In this document: piece after piece, positions 23,401 to 35,722 of the stretch
How positions within the stretch are numbered: position 1 is the first letter of the stretch
How the letters are laid out: each line of letters starts with the position of its first letter
From: Catajapyx aquilonaris
Lineage: Eukaryota
NCBI GenBank assembly: GCA_000934665.2
Contig: KZ537979.1
Location: 1-64,000 of the forward strand
Reading direction: 5' to 3'
DNA: 64,000 bases
Program-made: the position numbers and the translations under genes
The notes under the pieces: model-generated
What the model was told of the DNA's origin: nothing
Databases searched by the model: none
What the model saw: only the letters and a program-made list of their open reading frames with translations

Positions 23401-26400
23401 ATTTCCACAACTTGTTAGTATACTCTTGTGTATGTTATGACCCATGGTTGTGACCGATATACCGGGAAGGCCCAACAACGTACTGGCCACTTGACACTTT
23501 TCCTTCAATTCTGGAACACCCTATAATGCGTATCTCTTTAACCTGTCTCTCTTGCAAGAAGCAGATCCAAGTAAGAAGCAGTGTAACTGGGCTTGTCAGA
23601 AAGGATGAAATTTCGACATTCTGGCTAGCATGAACGAAGTGGCAAAATTTCCGGGCGCTAAGAAACTTCATGGCTGTATTATAGCCCATAAAAGTTTGCA
23701 ATTAATTATGCCTTAAAACCTAAGTGATTAACGCCGTATCGAGCCATATCTGCAACGCTGCAAAATCTCGCCTGAAGTTGCCAGTAAAATCCGACTTTAC
23801 CCTCACCTATACCTTCACTTGAGTGAAAACGGGGAGGCTCTTTGCCAGATAAGCCGTCAACAATAGGGATACTGTACTTGAAGGCGATTAGAATTTTCCA
23901 TTATAGTTCGTCTACTATCTTTCCTATGGCTTCCCGGGTCCTACTACGGTACACGGGCGTATATACGCTCATTACACGGGAAAGCGATGCTTCTTCCCTC
24001 GGCCCAGTCGACAGTCGGAAATGAAGCTACTTTCCGTACTGGCAGATAGTGTGTATATAAAAAAGAAATGAGAAAAAAATGGCGATGGCTTACTAGGTAC
24101 CCCCTCTCGACGAACCCTATCCGAGTTATGGGCCTGGGATATGGTGTTGAAGGGCAGGGTACTGGAAGCACTCCATCAGGTTGCTGGGGATGAGAGTGGC
24201 CTACAAGTCGGGAAATTGCTCAGAATCATCCCATCCAAGAGACATTGTTGGGCACGAGTCAGCACCGGAAGCGGAATCAATATCCAGAGCGTTACGCCAT
24301 TCAAATGTCAGAACCCGTACACATGGGCAGGTTTCGACAAGCAGCAGCCAGTTGGGGCTTGCTTGAACCCGAAAGCTAAAATGAGAGGTGTTCCAAAAGC
24401 AAGCCCAACGGACTCACGCAATGCCGCTCAGGGAACAAACAACTGACTCAAATCGCTCATAGGGATTAATAGGTTAATCGATACTTTCCGTCCTCTGGAT
24501 ATATTGCTTGCTATAGTAATTTTGGAGTCAACGGTGAGTACTACTTCATACTTTTTCCCCTCCCCATTCTTTTGTTTTCATCCACTTTTTTACTTCTGAA
24601 AATTTCGCCAGAACCGCTCAGTCGAGGTTTCTGGCATGACTTAGTGACATTTATCAGCGCCCAACTTGGCAAAACTTGGGACTAGCAAACTTTTTGGAAG
24701 CTCTTCTTCTCTCGTTTGGAAAAAGAAGACGCGCGGAGCTTCTCTCACTGTCATGTTTTCAGATGAAAATCGTCCGGCTGTCAGCTGATCAGGAGAAAGC
24801 ATGCTAATTCCTGGCACGGCTTTGTCTTCTGCTCTGATCCGGAGCAGAAACAGCAAGGCAAAGAGAATCAGAGCCTATTCTCTTTCGGTTGGAGCAGCTC
24901 ATCCTGAAGGCTTTCTTTTGCTCATTTCTCATCCATCTTCTCCCTCCAGAGTTGCTCCACCTTTGAGATACCCTGCATGTAACCTTTTTCCAAAAGGCAC
25001 CTGAAGTATAAGTGACGCTTGTTACCGATTTGGACCGACGTGTGAGGGACGTTCGCATACAGAAAGTAACTACCTAATGGCCAGCCAGGGTCCATTTGGT
25101 ATTTCCCACTGGGGTCACTGGAGGTAACTACGCAGAAGAGCGATTGGATGGGTCTATATAACTGATTCCAGCTAGGAGAAATTCACTGTGGGACTGTTTT
25201 GACGTGGATTTAAAGTATAGTACAGGTGATGGGTGTCTTACAAACTTCCAAGAACGCATACAATTTTATTTAAATAATTTAAAATTTAAAGTTAAAAAAT
25301 GGCGATTTCCGTGACAGTTTCGGCAGTTTTTCATTGCTGCGTTTGCACACGAAGAACTGATAGTTGAAGGTCCACAAGCGAGAAGAGCAATCTGATTCAT
25401 GAAAATCAATGACACAGTTGCCGTGGCCTGGATTCATGATCATGATACTGTGTATCACCTGAGCTGTACTAGTTTTGAGTGAAAAAGGCCTTTGCATGAA
25501 AGTGTTTCGTTATGAAATCATTATCTGCTCGAATTATACAGCATTACACTAGGCGGTGGCGGAATGGAAAATAATCAACCGCGAAAATATAAGCCCAAGA
25601 TTGAACGATAGCTCTGTACTGCAATCTCTTGGGCTAATTATCTCACTTGCCAGAAATAGAGGCTGACTTTCACAAAACAGGGTCTCATTAAACCTGACTG
25701 TATCGCACTACAGGCAATGTTTGGCAGCTTTCTTCCCATTGAGACAACAATAGGGCGCCAATCTTCCCCTCTCAGCTGATAAGAAAGAGTGACGTGCATT
25801 TTGATAGGTGCTAATGCTCCAGGCTCGCGGTTGATGAATCTTATCATCCGAGCACGTCGCACAAAGGATCGCTCGAATCATTAGTCAAGCAGTCCCGCCC
25901 ACATCTTCCGTGCTACACCCCATTTTCACGAGTGCAATCCAAAATCGACTAATGCTCCGTTTACACCGAACAATAAGCAAGAAGTTCCTGACATTTTGTT
26001 GCGGCAAATTATGAGATGACCGCTGAGAAAGTACCTTTCCGTGTCACTAGACGGAGCCACTCTGTAAGGTGGCGCATTCTAGTAGCTGTGAATTGAATTC
26101 ATGCGGTACTTACAGCTGACGTCAAGTGTTTCTGATTCTTCGCTCTTCCCCAGTGCGTTCTTCACTTCGCACTTGACTATGGCATCGTGGTACTGCCTGG
26201 TAACATTCGGAATGATAAACTCGGTGCTGTGGTCCCCCGGAACCGTCTGGTCGTTCAGGTACCATTTGTAGACCAGGATGGCCGGGTTGGCATCCGCACT
26301 GCACGAGATCCGTACCTCGTCGTGCTCGCTGATCTTGGGTGTTTCCACCTTCAGCGACACTTTAGGGGCGTACTTCACTTCCAGTCGGATTTTGGCGCTC

Positions 26401-29400
26401 TTGTAGTTGCGGTCCGCATTGTTGCCCGCTTGGCACGTGAAAGTCTTGTTGTTGTGCTCCTTCTTGGGAGTCAGGGTCAGGACCGAGCGGGCGGTGAAGC
26501 GCTTGCGGTCAGGAAGAGGATCCTTCACATATTCCACTCCATTGGTGATCACATTGCCGTCGCCTCCGATCCACGTGATCTGTGAAACAAAATGTCAGCT
26601 TGGAATCAGTCATGCCTTCGCAAACGTGCACAAGACAAATTAGAATTCAGCATAATTATAGGCTTCCTACACAATACCCTACACACGCACAATACTGAGG
26701 TAGCAGCCTCTGGGTACAATGCATGCAGTGCTCGACAAATTTTTCTCAGCGTGCGTGCAGGGAATAAGACCAAAAGGAGTGAGTCGTAGGGTAATTGAAT
26801 CATCTTCCTCCTTGAAGGAGGTAGGCGGGAAGCTTTCAATCACATTCATTCAAAGTTCAAAGCAATGCGAGTACAGAATTTCCCGAGGCCCTACTTGGCA
26901 GCCGAAACACGCATCGTTGGGACCAACACCAGGAATATGGAAGAAAGTCAGGGGTATAGTTCGAAGCAATTCCTACGAGTCAAAGTCGCTTCAAATCCTC
27001 CCCTTCCCCTCTTTCCTCATCCTCATCTCATTACTGATGTATCTCTTGAACGACACCTATTTTGCCACACGGGCAGGGGTGGCAGAAGCAGTCAGAAATC
27101 CCTGATATGGTGCAGTACAAGGTGAAATCAGCGGGGACTGCAAATTGTCATTGCTTTTTGATGCATTATGACGCAGCAGAGGGAAAGCATATTATTCATC
27201 TCTTATGCAGCAGCACAAAAAATTCATGCGTTTTTCAAAGCGCATTACCATATGCTGTCAGAATTCGGTGTAATAAAGTGTCGCGGAAGTTAAAGGTGAG
27301 ACATGCTCACATATTTTTGCCTATGAATGAGCAGGAATCAATGTATTATGGTTTTTCAAAGAGGTGTCAAATATTGATCGTCTCTTTGCATGCGTGGCGC
27401 ATTTTAAAACCATTTATTCATTGTCTTTTTGTAATGAAACTAAAGAGTGTGCCTTCTAGCGTAATGTTTCGCAGTATGGAAATAAGCGAAACTCATTATA
27501 CTGTATTGTCTTTATACACACAGCTACTTTGTTTACCCAACACACTTTAAAAGCTCGAATTTACATTCGAGCTTACAGAGTTCGCTTGGACAAAATAGTC
27601 TTCAAACCAGTTGAATATCTCAAAATAATGGCTTTATTGACAAATGTAGCAAATTGTGCGATCAGTCTTTTGCAGTATATTGCAGCATTCCAAAAGTAAT
27701 GCCGTTTGGTAATAATTAAGGTTTTAAAAAATTTGCCACAATATTCAACACAGCCATATGGTGGCACATGTTTTGATCCGCATGGGGTTTGTGTGCTCTC
27801 ATAGCTCGAGATATAGCTATCACAGCACACACACCCCATCCGGATCAAAACATGTTTTAAACCACGGTAGGCTACTCGATTTTGCAAGCGACCACTCTCA
27901 CATATTCCTTTGACTCTTGGTCACTCAATGTGGTCCAGACCTTGAATCGAGTGGCATTCAATTGTTATCATCGGTAATTTCCATTTCGACAGATGCTCGA
28001 TATTGGCCTACAAAATCTGATACCACGGCTTGAAACTGAAAAGTTCGATCAACATGAAGTCTGTATGCTGTAAGTAGCTATGTGCTGTAATTTTTTTCTG
28101 GACAATTCTCTACAATTTTTTTTACGGATAAATGGTACCGGTACTTTAGTGATGCGGTATTATTTGTTATTACGCAACATTTCCTCCGCATCTGTTGCCG
28201 CCTTTTAAATGTGACATTAACCAGCGTCATATGCGGGGGAATATATTGCCTATTTGATTGATTAATTGTTTCATGGACGAGCAACAGCAAGCTCTTTGAC
28301 AATCTATTTTTGCCTGACTGCATTTTCAATTCTGTTTGCACGGGTCACGACGATATCTCTGAACAAATTTTAGCTTCATTTCTATACTAGTGATGCCACT
28401 GACACGGTGATGGACACCTTTGACTTATTATCCCTCCCAGCCGCATCACACGGGACACATTGTGGACATTTCCATTCTCCTGCGAATGTCACAACCAGAC
28501 CGACGGACAGGCGTCACACTGATATCCGTCAATTACACGCTCTTCTCCCTCAAAAATGGTCGCTGCCCAAACACTACGTATGTTGACGATGCACACGACC
28601 TTGACCCCAGGGCACCCTGATGAAATGGCCCATTTTGCATCCCAGTGATTAGAGGCCCCCGAGCAGCATGCTCTCGGGCTCCTAAGCTTCATTCTTGGGA
28701 TGAGAGAAGCACAAGGAGCGAGTTAATTACTGCGGATAAGGATATGGCAAGTGTTCTCAGCAGGGGCAATAAGGAGGTGAAAATGAGGAGAGAAACCACT
28801 CAAAGTTGCGCCTATAATTACGGCTACGAGTCAAGGGACAAACCCCGGAATCAACTCGGGCTATTTACACCCACTTGTATTGTTATTTATCAATTTGTAT
28901 GATGAATAGCTATTATCACCTGCTGCCGGTGCACTGCTCACTTTAAAACGAGCATGGAACGGGCAGCGTTTCTTTTCACACGTTATTATGGCGTACGGTA
29001 CACGGACCAAATCTCATTTGCCAGTACTTATCCATTGTATGCTGATGCCGACATAGTTTGGGACTTAGTCTACCCTGTGGTGCAGTAATTCAAATAAAAC
29101 CCTGCATACAGTATACTGCACTCTGCGCATTGATTCACGCCATAAATGGTAACATATGAATCAGTGAACCATGACACTGTACAGGGTGGTCAGATTATGG
29201 CCGATGCTGGGCTGCATCTCTAGTAATATGAACCGAGCAAATATTTAGTGCAATATTGATGGGGAGCCAGAGTGCCCCCTTGATTCATTTGAGGAAGGCA
29301 TCAGGACACACGAGTTTGGAGAGGCCAAAAAGGATTCTTGGCTGCTGGCTTGGGCTGGGCTGCTCCCTGCTTACGAGACTCAGGCAATTTCCCTCGGAAA

Positions 29401-32400
29401 TGAAATTTTCATTCTCCGCCGGAGAGGCAGTCATAGGCCTCGGGTTTGGAATGCGCGGGGGCACCTTGTTTCGCCGGATGAGCTTGTTGCACATTTATGC
29501 CTCAAACACTTTATACGAGGGATATTCAATGAAGCTTGAGGCAGTTTATGGCCACTTACCTTCAAGGTTTCCTGCGTTTCATTGTTTTTATAAAGCGCTC
29601 GGAACGCCCCCGCCATCAGTTGGGATTATGGTTGCGCAGTATAACCTTCTCTTACTATTCGGACTTGCTGTCCTAGGAAAGTGTACCTAAGACTTAGTGA
29701 TTGGCGTCTCGGAGACGCCCTTTCCACTACTCCCCATTTTACTGCCTCTAATCTACTCTTCCGCACGCGCGCCCTCGTTCCAAGTGTACCGGCATGTATA
29801 TACCGACCTTGGGTTGCAGAAACGAAAACATCTGTCACCTCCCACACCCACCAACAATAATAATCATTATCGATGAAAACCAGTGGCCCTTCCCTTGCTC
29901 TCTCCTTGCACTACTCATGCATAGCACCGCCTGCAGTGAATTGTGTCCTTCGTTCAATTTGCAAAGCTCGTAATTGGCGCCTGAAACAGCCCATGAAACT
30001 GTAACCTACAGCTGCATTAGGGATGTGCTATTTTATCCCAACTGTGATATAGTTTCATTCGGCAGTATATAGCCCAAATAATAGCACTCAAATCAGTGCA
30101 CTAGTCGTTTTTCTGAATAATACATCACGATAGCACCAATAGCATCACATTTCCCTAAAATGGGTGCTCGGGGGTAAAAAAGAGGAGAAACGTTTTATAA
30201 GCCATTAATCAAACAACACGCCTACGCGCACTATCACCCACAATTTCCTCCACACCACATCACTGTAAAACATCCTTAATTATTCTAATCATAACCAACC
30301 TAGTCACATCACAAACAGCAGCACGACCTCATAATTATCCGCATCCAACACCTAACTCCTATGCCTACGAGACCCAATCCCCACATCACCACCACACATG
30401 AACTATAGTGAACGACCACGTGGGAATACACAGAAGTGCAAGAGGCACGCGACAACAAACAACATATTCCTAGAAATTCCTGCAGACATCAATTTACACG
30501 CCTATCTATTTCATCTATCCCACCACCTCTGTCAAGACATTTCCATGCCATACATGAAGCAAAATATATAAAAATCAGTGTCTACATGGTGTTATTTAAA
30601 AACCATTGGGGCAACGCATCTCGAACGGTCCAGCTCTATCTCTCTCACACAGGAATAGCTGTGCCTCTTGTTTCGTATTTTATAGCCACGTAAGGGAACA
30701 GGACTGATACACCACTTGTGCCCCGCAATTACAGATCGAGGCAGGCTATCGTTACACGTGAGTCCTTGTTGCGGAAACACGGCGGATTATTTTCGTGGAA
30801 CGCAATTGCTGGATTAACATAAATAATACCGCTTGCAACGTGCAGGGAGCCCATTACGCCTACAAATGGGCCACAATAGGTTTATGGCTAGAGGCTTGGG
30901 GGACTCTCCCTGCTGCCGAGTTGATTCCAATCGGAACTGGCAAGTGTGAGCAAGGTTTGGAGAACACATTCCACCCGGAACAAGACATAACCATGTATGG
31001 GCGTTAAAAATATATTGGCTCCCATGAAGATCCCTTCCTTACCTCCTAGCACCATCGTTTTAACCCCCTCCCCCCCTCATCTTCATATATTTAACGAGCA
31101 TGTCATGTAAAATACATTTTCATTATCCGAGGCGGCAATAAAATTTGCAACACCCTTCGAGATTTGCATGGGCAATCATGTTTTTCTGATCAAGCCTAAT
31201 GAAATTCGCAGCGACACCAGGGAAGTAGAATACGTAAGTTCGAAGGCACGTTGCAGATGAAGGATAACATTTAACACTTTAGCACGTGCTAGACTAAGCC
31301 CACGCGCTTTTTAAATACAAAATAAAATTGACATTTTTTTTACAAAATATTCCCCCCCCCCCCCGGGCCGCCATTTTTCCATTTTCCAAATGACACTGCT
31401 GCTAATGGTGACACTCGGATTATTCGAGAGTAGAGCTGCGTCTCATCCCCACCTTTTCCTCCAACCCTCTCTAGCCCCACCTCAGGAATGTTTATTGCCC
31501 TCAGAGCTGCCATAAAAGCTTGACTCTTTGCTCCTTGGTTCGTCCTCGCGAGAACTATTCGAGCGCGAAATTGTGGCATCGGAAAGCTGATCTTCCATTC
31601 CTTCGGAGCGTCTTCCATTCTTATATGCAGTTTTTATTTAGGGAAAAATGCCGGAATGGGACGCCAGGACTACCTGATTTTTAATCCCTCGACATCGTTC
31701 GTGTCGTCCTCTTTTTTTAAAAAAAGCAGGACGAAACAAGAACAGCCTCACTCTGGTATTGGAAAATGGATCCATTTTCCCCTCCTGGCCGCTGCTGGGA
31801 CTTGTATAGTACGCATGTTATTTGTAAACAACTCGGAGCTCTCATTATTGGATGGCCTTACGTGAGTAATTCCGCAGAAATTTCAAACATTTCTTGCCCA
31901 AAAATACCGGGGGCAATTAATACCCAAATTATGCGCACAATCTTGAATCTCATGGCACACACAACATGTTAACTAAAAACCCCTAAGCGGTCATTAGTCA
32001 CCTGTACTTATTGCAGGTCAATAATGTACCGCTCAATTCCCAACCCGCTTTTTTGGAGCGTACCACTGAAAAAGGAGCGGTAAAAAACACCCTGAAGTAC
32101 CCACCTCCCAAGCCACCATCTCCAGGCAAAGTTTGGAGTGTCGCGCGGTAGTCTCTACACCAAACTTCTTCCAGGACAAGACCTTCCAGGCCTTTTTGAT
32201 CTCCCCTGCCGCTTTCAATCCCGGGCACGCAACTTGAAAGTGTGACAAAGGCATCGCTCCAGCCTTTTCAGGACGCCCCGTTACGTCACGGGATTACGAG
32301 TGATTGCTGAATGAGCCAGCACTCATACAAGTCTTTGTCAAAAGCTGCTGCCTGCTTGAGCATCCGAGCTTCCCCCAACTGCTCCATAATATTCCTAATG

Positions 32401-35400
32401 TTTTAATCCCGCTAACTGAAGCTGGGAGTCAGTACATGCACAACAACGTTGGCAGTGACAAAGGAACAGTCCGGGCCATAGGGTAAGGTATAAAATAATA
32501 AAGTAACGGCCTGAACGTGAGATGAAGGTTAAAAAACGGGGTAATCTTCCAGAGGGGTTTAAATTTATTATAAATAATCTGCAGTGGGTTGAGGTATTTG
32601 CAAAGCTAGTCAGGTGGGATGTGACATGGAACCTAATAGAACTTGATCCTGCAACAATTATTGTAAAGTGTGTGTGGTGAAGGTGTGGAGGAAAATCAGG
32701 AGTGGACCTGATGGATTTCTATCTTCAGCTTCCTTGTCCATTGCGCAAACACTACCTTCAGTTCTCTCTCGGCAAATCCTCGGTGCTAATTAGGCGAGCA
32801 AAATTAATGGAATTCCTGCTGGCATTGAGACCAGAAACCGGGACGAAGCGCCTTGACTAATGAAAGCCGCGATGTTGTTGACAATTGGAAAGTGATGCAT
32901 GGCCGCCGTGAGTTATACAGCGAGATGAGCTTGACTGTCGTGGTTGATCTCAGTATTTGAAGTAAACTCTGGCTTCTCTCCTCGGATTTTACCTTTGTTA
33001 CTTTTCGGCTCCTACAGTGCAAACATTCATTATTCAACTCCCGGCATTCCATTTTTTCCCCGGCAAGCCACCAGCCCTGTCCCTTTCACAATTTCACGCA
33101 GAGATGTGGCATGTCGACGTCATTTTATCCCTGCTTCATGGCCAATAATAAGCATGCCCACCATACCAGGGTCGCTCGACACGGAAATTGGTCGTAAATG
33201 TCATACGATAAACACCAGACACCGTGGTGCCTCTTGTGAGCATTGTTGGCGATATTGACTCGACAGGAATCCGGCCAACATGGCTGCCTGGCTATCAACT
33301 GCTCGGATTCTGGTCCATCCCATCCTCCCTAGGCAAGGCGCCACAAAAATTGTTTAATCAATGTCAGCACTCGGAATTCATCATAATGCAATAGATCTGG
33401 ACCGGACAGGCTGTTGGCCATGCTTGCACGGCACGTGCTCGTCACGCCAATATCTACACTAACATGATTGTGACATGGATGCATGAAAATGAAAGGGAAG
33501 GGTGACGCATAGCCTTCCTCATCCAATTACAGCCGACCTGTCCACTAATTCACATTCGGCATGGGCCCGATTGGTTCAGGCGTGTGTGAGTAGGTTAAGA
33601 ATCTAGTGTGTGGGACATGCAAAAACTGCAACTATTAGCTTGTGCACCTAGCTACCCTGCACCCCTCTCTTTTTAACGACCGTACAGTAGCCTAATATAA
33701 CTTTGTATTCCACCATGTCTTACAACCTGGGGCCCTCATTACCAGTCCAAATACCCATTTCCCCAGGAAAAACTTGGCAAATGACCCCCCCGTAAGCCGT
33801 AGCAGCAATGCAGCCCGACTGGGAATTGCTCCATTTTACAGGCTGTGCTCTTCTTCCCTGTATGCATCCCCCACCCCATCCCCTTTGGGTGCTAGGAAGA
33901 CCCAAAGACTTGGCGGTGCACCAGGGCCACCAGATTTGTTGTCCCCCAGCTCAGATTATCAAATTGCCGCCACCAATCTCCTAACTAGTGGGGCTTTGCT
34001 CCTTGTAAGATCTTTTGGCCCTTACCAAAGCAACCACATCTTAAGGTTGACGAACCTGTTGCCAAGATGGTGGGAGTTTCGAGTATGTACTCGTAAGCTT
34101 TCTATGGCGACTTGTTGTGGAAAAGTATGGCAGTAAATAAGTGCAAAATAAATGATATCAAAAGACTGACCTCGGCGGCTGGTTTTCCTCCTCGTGACAC
34201 GCACTCGATCTGAATCTCACGGTCTTCTGTGGTGTCCAAGAAGTCCCCTTGGACAATTTGTGGCGGTTCGGGTGGCACGACCACTTTCAGATGTGCACTT
34301 CGAGACCGTATATCCGCCATGGTGGCTGTTGGACCCACTTGACATTGGAAGTGGGCGTCGTCTTCCAGCATGACTGGATTCACGTCTAAGGAAAAATCGC
34401 CTGGAAAATTTAAAAAAGAGCGTTAAATATTCGCATGCTAATAAGAGTGTTACAGTACTTAATTAAAACACTAGGCGTTTGATTATATATAATATGCGAT
34501 TTTTAGACGCGAAACTTAAAAAATAAGGGAGCGTCAAGTTTAGCACAATTATTCCTTTCTACTCGAGGCAAATTTCTTTTCCAGTTAATAACAAACTCCC
34601 AGAGAAGAATTCCGATTTGATCCAAAATGCCTCAAAGAACTAGGGCGAAGAGCTCGTATGCAAAAATGCACTCCTTCCTGTAGTAATTTTCCGAATATTA
34701 ATATTAAAATCAACATTAAATTGTTCATCAGCATCATCACTATTAATACTACTACTATTATTAAATATTATTATTGAACTTAAAACCGAAAGTATAATAT
34801 AATTCAGAACGATTTTGGCTCCCTTGTTTCTCGGCGACGTGCAGAAGTTTGAGGTCCAGCCATTTGAATATCTGCAAACCCTGGAGAGGACAGGACCAGT
34901 TTTGTTTTGGCTGGTGTTGGGAATTCCAACACCCAGCAGACTATGCGTCATGTAATGTACGTCCGCAGCGACAAGTCCCGGAAGTTGGGCCTGAATGCCC
35001 ATAACTCAGAAGCCTCCCCCCATCCTCTGCTTGGAGCTGCTGCTGCATGCACCAACTGAATAATACCCGGCCAATATCTAAACATTCTTCAAATACACTG
35101 TATATAGGACTCGTCCTCCAAAAAAGGGGGCCTGCCAATTGGAAAAATCCTCTCACGTCATGTAGGAGTGATGGTTTTGCGCGCAAAACTCCTGTTCTAT
35201 CAACCCATCCAATATGGTCCAATTTCCTCCGCTTCCGCTTCTCCGTTTCCTTTGCTTGAGACTAGTTTAAAACTTTCGTTTCATGCTGCACGTAACTGCC
35301 TATAGTTGATTCAACCAGGACAGGTCAAGTTGCACGTAACTGGACTAATTCTCAACAGCCTGGCCTATACTGGTAGAATATAGATCCTACCATGTAGACT

Positions 35401-35722
35401 ATTTTCGCCTCGCAGTCGCGTCGCTCTGTCTCGCCGAGCCGGATCAGATCTGGCTGAACTTACCTTCCTCGTCGCTTCCAATCATGTGGTATCGTTCGTA
35501 TCCGGACAGGTTCCGGTCTGTGCCCAGTCCGAACCCGTCTCGGGTCCACTGTAGTTTTCCCTGCTTGTTGATGACCCTACAGGGCAAGGTCACATGCTCG
35601 CCGATGGTAGCCACTTGGTCCATTGGTTCCATCGCGAAGTACTGCTGCTGGCCTTGTGCTAGAGACCATAGCCATAGCCACTGTAGCCACAGGAACCATG
35701 GCAGGAAGGGTGCTGGCTTCAT
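11947..35722 (-). CDS. kirre: Kin of irre / roughest-like (Neph1/KIRREL family) Ig-superfamily cell adhesion protein, 9 coding exons, 738 aa: join(35722-35464,34400-34171,26579-26114,18764-18637,16327-16069,15382-15224,14012-13905,13668-13427,12312-11947)
   Basis: All eight introns are GT-AG with matching phases; exon lengths sum to 2217 nt = 739 codons including stop. Signal peptide, 5 Ig domains, TM helix, conserved YGNPYLR motif, and C-terminal THV as in Kirre/Neph1. Confidence 0.93.
13427..13668 (-). CDS. kirre: kirre coding exon 8 (cytoplasmic)
   Basis: EIEGSEKQAKASDRSSNDSDLKVEIRTASSLS...YSADYTEPSFPPKP. Acceptor TTTCCAG; donor GTCAGT; phase matches both neighbours. Confidence 0.87.
13905..14012 (-). 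CDS. kirre: kirre coding exon 7 (transmembrane)
   Basis: SLPLLMILAGVIGGVVVVIAIIMIVILC followed by basic QRRTKK. Acceptor TTTCAG; donor GTGAGT. Confidence 0.92.
14367..14398. repeat. (CT)n microsatellite
   Basis: Perfect CT dinucleotide run followed by a T run. Confidence 0.95.
15224..15382 (-). CDS. kirre: kirre coding exon 6 (Ig5 end)
   Basis: DPNYSILEDPLPDGVRSVLVIRESQEHDFGLYNCSVTNNYGTD. Acceptor TTGCAG; donor GTAAGC. Confidence 0.92.
16069..16327 (-). CDS. kirre: kirre coding exon 5 (Ig4 end / Ig5 start)
   Basis: VLKTSPNLTLTV...AGRYLCQATVPGF...VECVAFSIPKPDKVLWT. Acceptor CTCTTTACAG; donor GTAAGT. Confidence 0.92.
16429..16507 (-). other. Intronic ~79-nt stem-loop (candidate structured RNA / pre-miRNA or MITE remnant)
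   Basis: Perfect 18-bp inverted repeat CGCTTTTTGGCAGCGAGT / ACTCGCTGCCAAAAAGCG, extendable on both sides. Confidence 0.45.
17909..17982 (-). mobile_element. Decayed tRNA-like / SINE head
   Basis: Minus strand reads GGTGGCGTACCATAGTGATCAAG...CGAGTTCGATTCTCGG, resembling A and B boxes. No intact cloverleaf. Confidence 0.35.
18637..18764 (-). CDS. kirre: kirre coding exon 4 (Ig4 start)
   Basis: YGPVFRYTPRDVQADLGSTVTLSCDVDGNPTPEIVWLHKPSRL. Acceptor CCACAG; donor GTAAGT. Confidence 0.92.
26114..26579 (-). CDS. kirre: kirre coding exon 3 (Ig2 / Ig3)
   Basis: ITWIGGDGNVI...FTCQAGN...VKYAPKV...CSADANP...YKWYLND...VKCEVKNALGKSEESETLDVS. Acceptor TTTCACAG; donor GTAAGT. Confidence 0.94.
34171..34400 (-). 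CDS. kirre: kirre coding exon 2 (Ig1 end / Ig2 start)
   Basis: GDFSLDVNPVMLEDDAHFQCQVGP...IECVSRGGKPAAE. Acceptor TTTTCCAG; donor GTCAGT. Confidence 0.93.
35464..35722 (-). CDS. kirre: kirre coding exon 1: signal peptide + start of Ig1 (exon begins at acceptor 35745)
   Basis: MKPAPFLPWFLWLQWLWLWSLAQG-QQQYFAMEPMDQ...LPCRV...LQWTRDGFGLG...YHMIGSDEE. Acceptor TTTCTCTTTGCTACAG; donor G|GTAAGT. Confidence 0.92.

Noticed and set aside
27290..27913. TTAAAGG...CCTTTGA ends suggesting a Kolobok-like element, with an internal AAGCTCGAAT/ATTCGAGCTT hairpin
   Set aside because: Terminal match too short and degenerate to support.
29703..29719. GGCGTCTC-G-GAGACGCC palindrome resembling a Helitron 3' hairpin
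   Set aside because: No correctly spaced CTRR terminus or other Helitron sequence.
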